A stretch of 64,000 bases of DNA. Origin: an uncultured Acidobacteriota bacterium (GTDB lineage: Bacteria; Acidobacteriota; Polarisedimenticolia; J045). The stretch lies in assembly GCA_963702425.1 (NCBI GenBank), contig CAVPCQ010000032.1, positions 128,001-192,000 of the forward strand, written 5' to 3'. The notes beneath the pieces were generated by a model, which was not told the origin of the DNA, searched no databases, and was given only the letters and a program-made list of their open reading frames with translations. How positions within the stretch are numbered: position 1 is the first letter of the stretch; every line of letters starts with the position of its first letter. The position numbers were made by a program, and so were the translations under genes. Shown piece after piece: positions 11,569-20,087 of the stretch.

Positions 11569-11639
11569 GTAGGGGTTGGGCTCCGTCCCAGCCCGGGCTG
11601 CGAGCCGCGAATCGGGCCGCCACGGAGGGCGGCTGCTAC
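11569..11639. repeat. Inverted pair of GTAG-type REP palindromes (REPIN/BIME-like)
   Basis: GTAG plus hairpin GGGTTGGG-ctccgt-CCCAGCCC at 11569. The opposite strand reads GTAGcaGCCGCC-ctccgt-GGCGGCccg from 11639. Confidence 0.65.
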
Positions 11640-11663
11640 GCTTCGGTGAAGAAGGGAGGACCC

Positions 11664-12206
11664 GTGACTCGTGCACGCACTCCCGCGCTCGTCCTGGCCG
11701 TCCTGTCGACCTTTCTGCTCGCCACGGGAGGACCGCCGATGAAGATCACGTCGCAGTCCTTCGGCGAAGGCCAGGAGATCCCGTCCGCCTACACCTGCCA
11801 GGGAAAGGACCTCTCCCCCGCTCTCGCGTGGGAGGGCGCTCCCGCCGGGACGAAGAGCTTCGTCCTGATCGTCGACGATCCCGATGCGCCCGACCCGAAG
11901 GCGCCGAAGATGACCTGGGTGCACTGGCTGCTCTACGACATCCCGGCCACCGCGACGGGACTGCCCGAGGCGGTCGCGCCAGCGGGGCTCCCCGCCGGCA
12001 CGCGCCAGGGTCTCAACGACTGGAAGCGGACGGGATACGGCGGCCCTTGTCCTCCGATCGGCCGGCACCGCTACTTCTTCAAGCTCCATGCGCTCGACGC
12101 GACGCTGGGCAACCTCGGCGCGGCGAGCAAGGCCGATGTCGAGCAGGCGATGAAGGGGCACGTGCTGGCGGAGGCCGTGCTGATCGGGATGTACCAGAAA
12201 CGCTGA
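11664..12206 (+). CDS. YbhB/YbcL family (PEBP/Raf kinase inhibitor-like) protein
   Basis: DDPDAP, WVHW, GYGGPCPP, HRYFFKLHALD. GTG at 11664 gives a signal-like N-terminus; alternative ATG at 11739. Confidence 0.92.
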   Translation: MTRARTPALVLAVLSTFLLATGGPPMKITSQSFGEGQEIPSAYTCQGKDLSPALAWEGAPAGTKSFVLIVDDPDAPDPKAPKMTWVHWLLYDIPATATGLPEAVAPAGLPAGTRQGLNDWKRTGYGGPCPPIGRHRYFFKLHALDATLGNLGAASKADVEQAMKGHVLAEAVLIGMYQKR

Positions 12207-12250
12207 CTGCCGGAGTCGGGCGCGGCCCGACGCTCCCGGGGAGACAGTGC

Positions 12251-13444
12251 ATGCGCGAGCCCTCGATCGAAGCCAAGGACCTCGAAACCTGGGCCTCCAT
12301 CCTGCTCGATCACTCGCTCGGCGGGATCAAGCCCGGCGAGCGCGTGATGATCAAGGGAGAGCGGATCGGCTGGCCGCTGATGGAGGTGCTGGAGCGGCGG
12401 GTGATCGAGGCCGGCGGGTTGCCGGATGTCCTGCTGGTGCCGCCCAACAACGAGCGCGGCCGGGCCTGGTCGGCGGCGATGGGGCGCCGCGGGACGCCGG
12501 AACAGGTCAGCGCAGTGCCGGCCTGGCACCGTGCGCGCTACGAGTCGATGGACAAGTACGTCGAGGTGCTCGGCGCGGAAGACCCGGCGCGGTACGCGGG
12601 TCTCACGGCGCCGCAGTTCCAGGCGATCGTCGGCGCCGACAAGCCGTACACCGACCTGCGCCTGGCGAAGCCCTGGGTGATCACGCTCTACCCTACGCCC
12701 GGTTTCGCCGCGATGGAGGGACTCGACTTCGACGAGTACACGCGCTTTCTCGTCGGGGCCTCGACGGTCGATCCGCGTCCGCTCAAGGACGCCGAAGAAG
12801 CCCTGGCCCCGCTCTTCGAGCGCGCGCAGGCGATCCGGATCGTCACCGTCGACCCGCGCAGCGGACGCGAGCTGACGCTGACGATGAGCCTCGCCCCGAG
12901 CCGGCCGACGCTCTCGTACGGCCTGCGCAACTTCCCCGACGGCGAGATCTTCACCAGCCCCGATGCGTCTTCGGTGGAAGGCGAGATCTTCGTCGACCTG
13001 CCGGTCCACTACGGTGGGCGCGACATCCGCGGAATCTTCCTGAAGTTCACGCGGGGCCGGATCGTGGAGTACTCGGCGGAAGAGGGCACAGAGCAGCTCG
13101 CCGCGATCGTCGAGACCGACGAGGGCTCGCACCGGCTGGGCGAGGTCGCGCTGGGGATGAACCCGGGGCTCGAGCGGGTGCTGAAGCACCCGCTGCTGGT
13201 CGAGAAAGTCGGCGGGACGCTGCACATCGCGATCGGCGCGTCGTACGAGAACTGCTACGTCGAGGCGCCGGGGTCGGACGACGGAAAGCAGCGGATCGCC
13301 GAGCTGTTCGCGGCCGGCGCGCTCAACCGCTCGGCCCAGCACGTCGACATCGTCGCGGACTTCCGGCCGGGCGGGTGCGGGCGCCGGGTCTTCCTCGACG
13401 AACAGGAAGTCGTGCCGAGGAACGGGGTCTGGGTCCTGAAGTAG
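12251..13444 (+). CDS. Aminopeptidase, M29 family (AmpS/AmpT-like)
   Basis: NFPDGEIFTSP, LGEVALG, EKVGGTLHIAIG, SAQHVDIV. Confidence 0.9.
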   Translation: MREPSIEAKDLETWASILLDHSLGGIKPGERVMIKGERIGWPLMEVLERRVIEAGGLPDVLLVPPNNERGRAWSAAMGRRGTPEQVSAVPAWHRARYESMDKYVEVLGAEDPARYAGLTAPQFQAIVGADKPYTDLRLAKPWVITLYPTPGFAAMEGLDFDEYTRFLVGASTVDPRPLKDAEEALAPLFERAQAIRIVTVDPRSGRELTLTMSLAPSRPTLSYGLRNFPDGEIFTSPDASSVEGEIFVDLPVHYGGRDIRGIFLKFTRGRIVEYSAEEGTEQLAAIVETDEGSHRLGEVALGMNPGLERVLKHPLLVEKVGGTLHIAIGASYENCYVEAPGSDDGKQRIAELFAAGALNRSAQHVDIVADFRPGGCGRRVFLDEQEVVPRNGVWVLK

Positions 13445-13508
13445 CGGAAAGCAGGGGACGGCGGCGGCGTTTCGCGGTATCTATGGAGCCGGAGCGGAGG
13501 CCTCGGCC

Positions 13509-14012
13509 ATGCGGACGTCCTCGATTCCCATTCTCTTCACCGCGTTCGTCCTGGCTTCCCTGGCCGGTGTGACCGTCGCCGCGGGCCAGGACACCCCGTC
13601 CCTGGCCGGCGAGTGGCGGCTGGTGGAGCAGTACTACGGCACGGGGCAGCACAATTTCGTCGAGGAGGCCGTACCGTACCGGCTCTCGCTGCGGCTCGAC
13701 GGCGCGCGCGTCGTGGGGACGGCGACGCTTGCCAGACAGACCGCCGCCTGGCCGGCCTACTTCGGCCCCGACGGCCCGCGCCCGCTGCAGGACGTGACGG
13801 TCACGCGCGACGACGACGGCCTCGGGGTGCGCGCCACCTTCCGCGTCACGCCGCCCCCGGGCGACGACACCTGGCTGTTCGTGACGGAAACGCTGCGCGC
13901 CGGCCCCGACGGGAAGCTGGCTGCGGCGGTGACGGTCGAGTTCGAGCGGATGGGTGACCGCAAAGGGGCGTTCACCTGGCGCCGCGTCTTCGTCCGGGAG
14001 GACGCGCCGTGA
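13509..14012 (+). CDS. Secreted hypothetical protein, beta-strand rich
   Basis: Signal peptide, LAGEWRLV; stop overlaps the next start (GTGA). Confidence 0.7.
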   Translation: MRTSSIPILFTAFVLASLAGVTVAAGQDTPSLAGEWRLVEQYYGTGQHNFVEEAVPYRLSLRLDGARVVGTATLARQTAAWPAYFGPDGPRPLQDVTVTRDDDGLGVRATFRVTPPPGDDTWLFVTETLRAGPDGKLAAAVTVEFERMGDRKGAFTWRRVFVREDAP

Positions 14013-16147
14013 GCGGCCGGCAGGTTCTCTTCCTGACACGCCGCGTGACGCCGGCTCTGGCCGCTCTGATCGCCTTCGGCGCGATGGCGCTCCCCGCCGC
14101 GGCGCAGACCGTCTCCGGCAGCGCCTTCAACGACCGCAACGCCAATGGCGTGCGCGACGCCGGCGAGGAGGCGATCGCCGGCGTTCCGGTCCGCGTCGCC
14201 GGCCAGCGCGACGCCGGCGGGGCGTACGACCAGAGCACGAGCACCGCCGCCAACGGCTCGTTCTCCTTCTCCCCCGGCAACGGCTGCTATGTCGTCGACC
14301 TCGAGGACCCCGCCGGCTGGCGCCGCACCTTCGCGCGCACCGACGAGTTCGCGCAGGGGACCTCCGGCTACAACCGTCCTGCGGGGGTGCGTCGCGTCGG
14401 CGCCGGGATGGCCCTGGTCGAGACGCTGCTCGGCGGCAACCTGCGCTACACCTCGATGGGCGACTCGATCGGCTGGAACTGGAACTCGTGCTTCGACACC
14501 TCGACCTTCTGGTACAGCCGCCAGGTGCGCGACCGGCTGAAGTGCGTCGCCCCCTCCGCGACCGTGGCTCTCGACGAGGCCGCGGTGAAGGGCGAGCACA
14601 CCGACCACCTGCTGATCGACGAGGCCGACCTCAACAACGTCTTCCGCGTCATCGACGCGCAGAGCAAGTTCGTGACGATCTCGATCATCGGCAACGACCT
14701 GCTCAACGCCGAGCCGCCCGACAATCCGACCCAGGAGCAGGTCAACCGCGCGGCGGCCGAGATCATCGACTCGCGCCAGAACCTGCAGGAGATCCTGTCG
14801 TCCCTCGTCGCGGGGATCCCCGGCGCGACCGTCGAGCTGAACACGCTGTACGACAACCTTGCCGACGCCTGTGCGACCGGCAACAGCACGGCGTTCCACC
14901 GCGAGTGGGTCCCGTTGGTGAACCGCGTGCTGCGCGAGGTGGCTTGGGGCCAGGCGCGGCGGGTCACGAACGCCGAGGTCTTCCTGGAGTTCTCGCACGA
15001 GGATCTGCTGAACGGCTGCACCGGCTTCCAGGGGCAGATCTGCCACCTGCTCGGCGACGACATCCACCCGACCGCGACCGGCTACGCGATCATCCGCGAG
15101 AAGGTCTGGGAGTCGATCGGTGGCGCCAACCTGGGACCGAAGGACGGCAACGCTGCGACCAGCCTGACCGGTCTCGATCACGGTTACCTGCAGCGGGTGC
15201 TGCGGCTCTATCCGACGGCATGGGAGGCGCGGAGCGGCGCACAGGTCACCGATCCCGCGGCGGCTTTCAGCGAAGCCGATGGCGGCGCGGGAGCCTCGGT
15301 CCGGCTGGGGACCGGCAGCGAGGAGTTCCGCCTGTCGGGCTTCCCCACCTGGTACGACGAGGTCGTCCCGGTCAAGGTGGTCGCCGGGATCCGCTACCGC
15401 ACCACCGGCAGCGTCACCGACGACCTCTATCGCGTCGAGGCCTCGGTGAACGACCGGTTCCGCCCGCCTGCCGGCCACCCGTACAGCGCGACCAACTGGA
15501 TCTTCTTCACGCCGCTGGTCGGCGGTGGCGGCCCGAATGCGCCGGCCGAGGCGCCCGACTACCCGAACGAGAAGATGCTCGTGCGGCCGAACGTTGCGGC
15601 CTACCGCGAGGTCAGCGCGACGTTGATGAAGAACCCGGTGCCGGCCGCGTCGGGCAAGGGCTACGACTGGCCGGCGCTCACGACCGCGGAACTCGGGACG
15701 ACGACGCTGCGCGTCGTCTCGGCGCCGCAAGCCGGCACGCCGGGCGACGACTACCGCGTCGTCGTCGATGCCGCCTGGCTGGATGTCTACGGCACGCTCA
15801 AGCCGCGGCCGGGCGAGGTCAACGGCGTGACCGTCGCGCGCCTGCCCGACGGCGGGCTCGAGATCGCCTTCGACCAGCTCGCCGGTTCCGAGCTGTACAA
15901 CGTCTACTTCGGCGACGCTGCGCTGCTGAACGCGCAGGGGCGGTACGACCACGGCAGCCGCGCGCGCTGCAACGTGGTGACGTCCGCCGCGGGGCCCGGG
16001 CGGCTGAAGACGACCGTCCCCGCGGCAGAGGTCCCGGCGATCGGCAGCTACGTCGTCGTCACCGGCCGGGCCGACGGGGTCGAGAGCCCGGCCGGGTACG
16101 CGACGAGCGGGGCGGAGCGGGATCGCGGGCAGAACGGGTGCCCGTAG
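14009..16147 (+). CDS. Secreted SGNH/GDSL hydrolase with N-terminal SdrD B-like domain and C-terminal Cys-Pro domain
   Basis: Signal peptide; VSGSAFNDRNANGVRDAGE; MGDSIG, IGNDL, DDIHP; ends GQNGCP. Confidence 0.82.
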   Translation: MSGRQVLFLTRRVTPALAALIAFGAMALPAAAQTVSGSAFNDRNANGVRDAGEEAIAGVPVRVAGQRDAGGAYDQSTSTAANGSFSFSPGNGCYVVDLEDPAGWRRTFARTDEFAQGTSGYNRPAGVRRVGAGMALVETLLGGNLRYTSMGDSIGWNWNSCFDTSTFWYSRQVRDRLKCVAPSATVALDEAAVKGEHTDHLLIDEADLNNVFRVIDAQSKFVTISIIGNDLLNAEPPDNPTQEQVNRAAAEIIDSRQNLQEILSSLVAGIPGATVELNTLYDNLADACATGNSTAFHREWVPLVNRVLREVAWGQARRVTNAEVFLEFSHEDLLNGCTGFQGQICHLLGDDIHPTATGYAIIREKVWESIGGANLGPKDGNAATSLTGLDHGYLQRVLRLYPTAWEARSGAQVTDPAAAFSEADGGAGASVRLGTGSEEFRLSGFPTWYDEVVPVKVVAGIRYRTTGSVTDDLYRVEASVNDRFRPPAGHPYSATNWIFFTPLVGGGGPNAPAEAPDYPNEKMLVRPNVAAYREVSATLMKNPVPAASGKGYDWPALTTAELGTTTLRVVSAPQAGTPGDDYRVVVDAAWLDVYGTLKPRPGEVNGVTVARLPDGGLEIAFDQLAGSELYNVYFGDAALLNAQGRYDHGSRARCNVVTSAAGPGRLKTTVPAAEVPAIGSYVVVTGRADGVESPAGYATSGAERDRGQNGCP

Positions 16148-16153
16148 CGCGGT

Positions 16154-16678
16154 TCAGCGGAGCTTGATCTCCCAGCACTTCACGTCGGTTGGATCGTCGC
16201 ACAGGTCCTTGCCGTCCTTGCTGTAGCGTGGGTCGAAGTAGTGGTCTGGGAATTTGCATGCCTGGCCAGCAGGGCAATGGTCGAAGCCCCAGTTGATTGT
16301 CGAGTCGGAATCCCAGCGGACTTGAATCTGCTTGGGATCCTCCTTCGGTACCTTGGTTTCATATCGAAGCACCATCACTGACACCGCCTTTTCGTTACAG
16401 CGGATCTCGCGGAAGGACTCGACCGTGCCGAGCATCCTCCTCCAGATCTCTGCCGGGACCGCCTCGCCGGCCACGAACTCGTAGTGTCGCGTGGTGGCGA
16501 GCAGCGAGGTGGTGACATCCGCCTCCCACTGCACCGGATAGTCCAGACGCCCTTTGGTGATCCTGATCGTCGTCTTGGTCGTAGCACGCTGGTACAACAG
16601 GATCACGACTGCTGCCGCGAGCACCACCAGAGCGGTCAGAATCCGCGGCCCGGTGACAAGCTTCCTGGGTTTCTCCAT
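16154..16678 (-). CDS. Hypothetical membrane-anchored or exported Cys-containing protein (kinase partner B)
   Basis: ATG at 16678 after GGGGAGGG; N-terminal hydrophobic helix; 5 Cys; more AT-rich than the flanks by eye. Confidence 0.7.
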   Translation of the reverse strand: MEKPRKLVTGPRILTALVVLAAAVVILLYQRATTKTTIRITKGRLDYPVQWEADVTTSLLATTRHYEFVAGEAVPAEIWRRMLGTVESFREIRCNEKAVSVMVLRYETKVPKEDPKQIQVRWDSDSTINWGFDHCPAGQACKFPDHYFDPRYSKDGKDLCDDPTDVKCWEIKLR

Positions 16679-16810
16679 GCAGCCCTCCCCCCCGGCGGGG
16701 CACGTCTCGCGCGCCCCTCTCGACACGCGAGGGCGCATGGTACACCGACTCCCGGGTGATTCTCGGGACGGACGCAGGAACACCGCGACTTCGGTCGTTG
16801 ACCGCAACGC

Positions 16811-19597
16811 CTACTTGGTCAGGAGGCTCATCCGCTCCGCCACGGCGTCGAGCCCCTGCTGCCTGGCCGCGGCCGCCGTATCCTGCGCGAGCGAACGGGC
16901 CTCCGCCCGGCGCCCCAGCGCCGCCAGCGCCTCGGCTTCTGCCGCCCGCGCGCGTACCCGGCGAGGCTCCGAGAACGTCGCCTGCGAAGCAGCCTCCCGA
17001 GCGAGGCTCAATGCGGCCCCGCGATCGCCCAACGTTCGCTGCACCGCGCTCTCCAGGATCGCCGCGTCGAGCGCGAGCGGACGCTGGCCGGTCGCGTCCG
17101 CGCGCTGCCTGAGCGCCGCGAGCCGTGCCGCGGCCTGGGCGCCGTGGCCGTCCTTCCACAGCATGAATGCGTCGACATAGTTCGCGCTCTGCGCCACCCC
17201 CGCGTTGCTGCTACCGGCGGCGCTCACCGCGGCATCCAGGTCGCCGCGCGCGGCATCCAGTTCGCCGCGCGCGGCGCGAGCGTACGCGCGTGATGCGAGG
17301 GCGAATCCCAACTGGTCGCCGTCGCCGGCTTGCTGCCAGCCCTCAACGGCGACCATGAGAGATGGCAGCGCTTCGTCATAGCGTTCCAGCGCGAGCAGCG
17401 CGTTCCCCAGAGTCGCCGACGCCTCGGCGCGGCCCGCGCCCGAGCCCTTGGGCCCCTTCTGCTCGGCCAGGATCTGCTCCATCTCGGCGAGCGCGGTGTC
17501 GGTCTTTCCCTGCTGCAGGTCGACCTCGGCCAGGTTGAGCGAGAACGTCAGCTCGTAGCCGGCGGCATCGTCCTGCTTCTGCGCCAGCGCGATCGACTCG
17601 GTCGCGGCGTGGCGGGCCTTGTCGTACTCGCCCGCCATCAGTTGCAACGCAACGAGATTTCCCCGCGCCGAAAGACTCAGGCCGAAGTCGCCGAGCAGCG
17701 TTGCCTGGCCGATCGTCTCGTGAAGCAGCGGCTCCGCCTCGGTCGGTCGGCCGGCACGAATCAACGCGACCGCGTGGCTGTTCCGTGCGACCGCGGCCAG
17801 CGACAGGTCGCCGTTCTCGGTCGCGGCGCTCTGCGCCTCAACGAAGCCCTCCATCGCTTCAGTCAGGTCACCCGACATCAGAAGCGCCGCGGACTCCTGG
17901 TAGCGCGAGTAGGCCTCCAGCGGGGGTTGCCCGGCCGCGCGGTACAGTGCGGTCGCCTGCCGGAAATGCTCGAGCGCCTCGCCTGGCTGCTTGTCGACCG
18001 CGAAGGCGATGACGCCGCGTTGAGTCTCGACCGCCGCCACCCCGGTCGGGACGGCGAGGCTGCGGAATGCCTGCTCCGCCGCCGCGAACGCCGCCTGGGC
18101 CTCGTTCCGCCGCCCGGCGGCGGCCAGTGTCGTCCCCTTGGCAAGCAACGCGTCGGCATCGAGCGGATCGCGCTCCGACTGCCGATCCAGCATGGCGAGC
18201 GCCTCGTCCATCCGGCCCTGGTCGGCCAGCGCCTCGGCGTATTCGACCTGGATCCCGGGGGTGTCGGGGAACTGCCTCGCCAGGGCCTCGGTCGCGGCCA
18301 GCACCTCGGGGCCGGACCTGAGAATCCTCGCGCGGGCCCGCTCGATCTCGAGCCCGAGCCGGCTCTTCGGATCGAGCCCCTGCTCGCGTGCCAGCGCCTG
18401 TGCATGGGCGATGACCTCGTGCGCCCTGAGCTCGTTGCCTGCGCTCCAGAGCGTCGTCGCGCGCAGGGCCTCGAAAGCGAGCAGTTTCGGGTCCTTGGCG
18501 AGCTCGGTGTCGAGCACTTCGATCGCTTCGCGGTAGCGGTGCTCCTTGCCCAACGCGCGGGCCCGGTCGAGCAGCTGCTGCTGGCCGGAGGTGAGCACCG
18601 GATCCTGCGCGCGCCGGGGCCAGTCCATCCGCGTCGCCACGATCGCGAGCGCTACCGAGGCGAGCGTCGCCAGCGCGATCCCGCCGAGCCGCCACCAGCG
18701 GCCGCCATTCCCGTGGGGCACCGTGTCCAGCGCCGCCACGAGCTCCTTGGCGCCCGGGTAGCGCCGCTCGCGCTCCTTCTCGAGCAGCCTCAGGACCACG
18801 TGGCGCAGCGGGCCGGCTTTGACGAGTTCGGCCGGCTCGACGCCGTCGCCCGGCGCCCCCGCCAGGATCGCGGCCGCCGTGCCGGCGGGCGACGCGCGGC
18901 GGAACGGGTGCACCCCGGTGAGTGCCTCGTACAGCAGGATCCCGAGCGAGAAGAGGTCGCTGCGCGGGTCGAGCCGCTCCTGTCGCAGCTGCTCCGGCGA
19001 CATGTAGCTCGGCGTGCCGACCGCGACCCCTTGCCGCGTCAGCTTCTCCACCGTCTCGCCCGTCTCGTCGTCCGGGTCCACCTGCGCGGTGAAGCGCTGC
19101 GCGATGCCGAAGTCCAGCACCTTGATATGGCCGCCCTCCGACACCATCACGTTGCTCGGCTTGAGGTCGCGGTGGACGATTCCCGCGGCGTGGATCCCGG
19201 CCAGCGCGTCGGCGATCTGATGGGCCCAGCGCGCGATCGTCCGCGGGCGGCGATCCACCGCGGCCGCCGCGTCGAGGGACTTGCCGCGCACGTGCTCCAT
19301 CACGATGTAGAGCTTCCCGCCGTCGTCGATCGCGTCGTAGACCGCGGCCACGTAGGGGTGCGTGACCGCAGCGAGGTTCGCGACCTCCTGCCGGAAGCGC
19401 TCGAGTTCCGACCGCGAGGGAACGTGATCCCCGGCGATCGACTTGATCGCCACGGTCCGGCCGAGCTGGGTGTCGCGGGCCAGGTAGACCACACCCATCC
19501 CGCCGCGGCCGATCTTCTCGATCAGCTCGTATCGCCCGACGAGGATGCCCGCCACACCGTCCGGCGCACCCCCCGCGTCCGAACTGCCCTGCGCCAT
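16811..19597 (-). CDS. Membrane Hanks-type Ser/Thr kinase with C-terminal TPR domain
   Basis: GRGGMG, VAIK, HRDLKPSN, DFG, GTPSYMSPEQ; TM helix; TPR-like repeats. Confidence 0.93.
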   Translation of the reverse strand: MAQGSSDAGGAPDGVAGILVGRYELIEKIGRGGMGVVYLARDTQLGRTVAIKSIAGDHVPSRSELERFRQEVANLAAVTHPYVAAVYDAIDDGGKLYIVMEHVRGKSLDAAAAVDRRPRTIARWAHQIADALAGIHAAGIVHRDLKPSNVMVSEGGHIKVLDFGIAQRFTAQVDPDDETGETVEKLTRQGVAVGTPSYMSPEQLRQERLDPRSDLFSLGILLYEALTGVHPFRRASPAGTAAAILAGAPGDGVEPAELVKAGPLRHVVLRLLEKERERRYPGAKELVAALDTVPHGNGGRWWRLGGIALATLASVALAIVATRMDWPRRAQDPVLTSGQQQLLDRARALGKEHRYREAIEVLDTELAKDPKLLAFEALRATTLWSAGNELRAHEVIAHAQALAREQGLDPKSRLGLEIERARARILRSGPEVLAATEALARQFPDTPGIQVEYAEALADQGRMDEALAMLDRQSERDPLDADALLAKGTTLAAAGRRNEAQAAFAAAEQAFRSLAVPTGVAAVETQRGVIAFAVDKQPGEALEHFRQATALYRAAGQPPLEAYSRYQESAALLMSGDLTEAMEGFVEAQSAATENGDLSLAAVARNSHAVALIRAGRPTEAEPLLHETIGQATLLGDFGLSLSARGNLVALQLMAGEYDKARHAATESIALAQKQDDAAGYELTFSLNLAEVDLQQGKTDTALAEMEQILAEQKGPKGSGAGRAEASATLGNALLALERYDEALPSLMVAVEGWQQAGDGDQLGFALASRAYARAARGELDAARGDLDAAVSAAGSSNAGVAQSANYVDAFMLWKDGHGAQAAARLAALRQRADATGQRPLALDAAILESAVQRTLGDRGAALSLAREAASQATFSEPRRVRARAAEAEALAALGRRAEARSLAQDTAAAARQQGLDAVAERMSLLTK

Positions 19598-19694
19598 GAC
19601 CCTCCCCACCCGGCGAGCCCGCGACCGGGCGCGAGCCGCAGGGTAGACCGCAACCTGCGGAGGATCAAACGCGCAGAGGGCGTGCGACGCCGGG

Positions 19695-20084
19695 TCAGGT
19701 GATGACCACCTCGTGCCCACCGTTCCCGTGCGGGCATGGTCCGGCGGCGATGAACTCCCCGAAGAACTCGATCGGCAGATACCCCAGGCCGCGCATCCCG
19801 GCGGGTATCCGCACCACGTTGTCCACCATCCAGGTCAGTCCGACGCCCGCGGTGAAGCTGCCCGTGATCGAGTGGACCAGGCCGTTGATGTCCCGCGTAC
19901 TGAACGAGAACGTGGTCGGGAGGGCGAGGTGCAGGCCGCAGACCTCGATGTCCAGTTGGCTGAAACTCGTGAGCGACTCGTAGTTCACGACGGTCTGCGG
20001 CGCGCACCAGACACCATCGACGCTCCACTGCGTGTCGACCGTGCCCCATCTCGCTTTGTCGATCCGGATCTTCGTCTTCGGCAT
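19695..20084 (-). CDS. Hypothetical protein (kinase partner A)
   Basis: ATG 3 nt after the kinase stop, GGAGG RBS, protein-like composition, 129 aa. Confidence 0.75.
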   Translation of the reverse strand: MPKTKIRIDKARWGTVDTQWSVDGVWCAPQTVVNYESLTSFSQLDIEVCGLHLALPTTFSFSTRDINGLVHSITGSFTAGVGLTWMVDNVVRIPAGMRGLGYLPIEFFGEFIAAGPCPHGNGGHEVVIT

Positions 20085-20087
20085 GAT

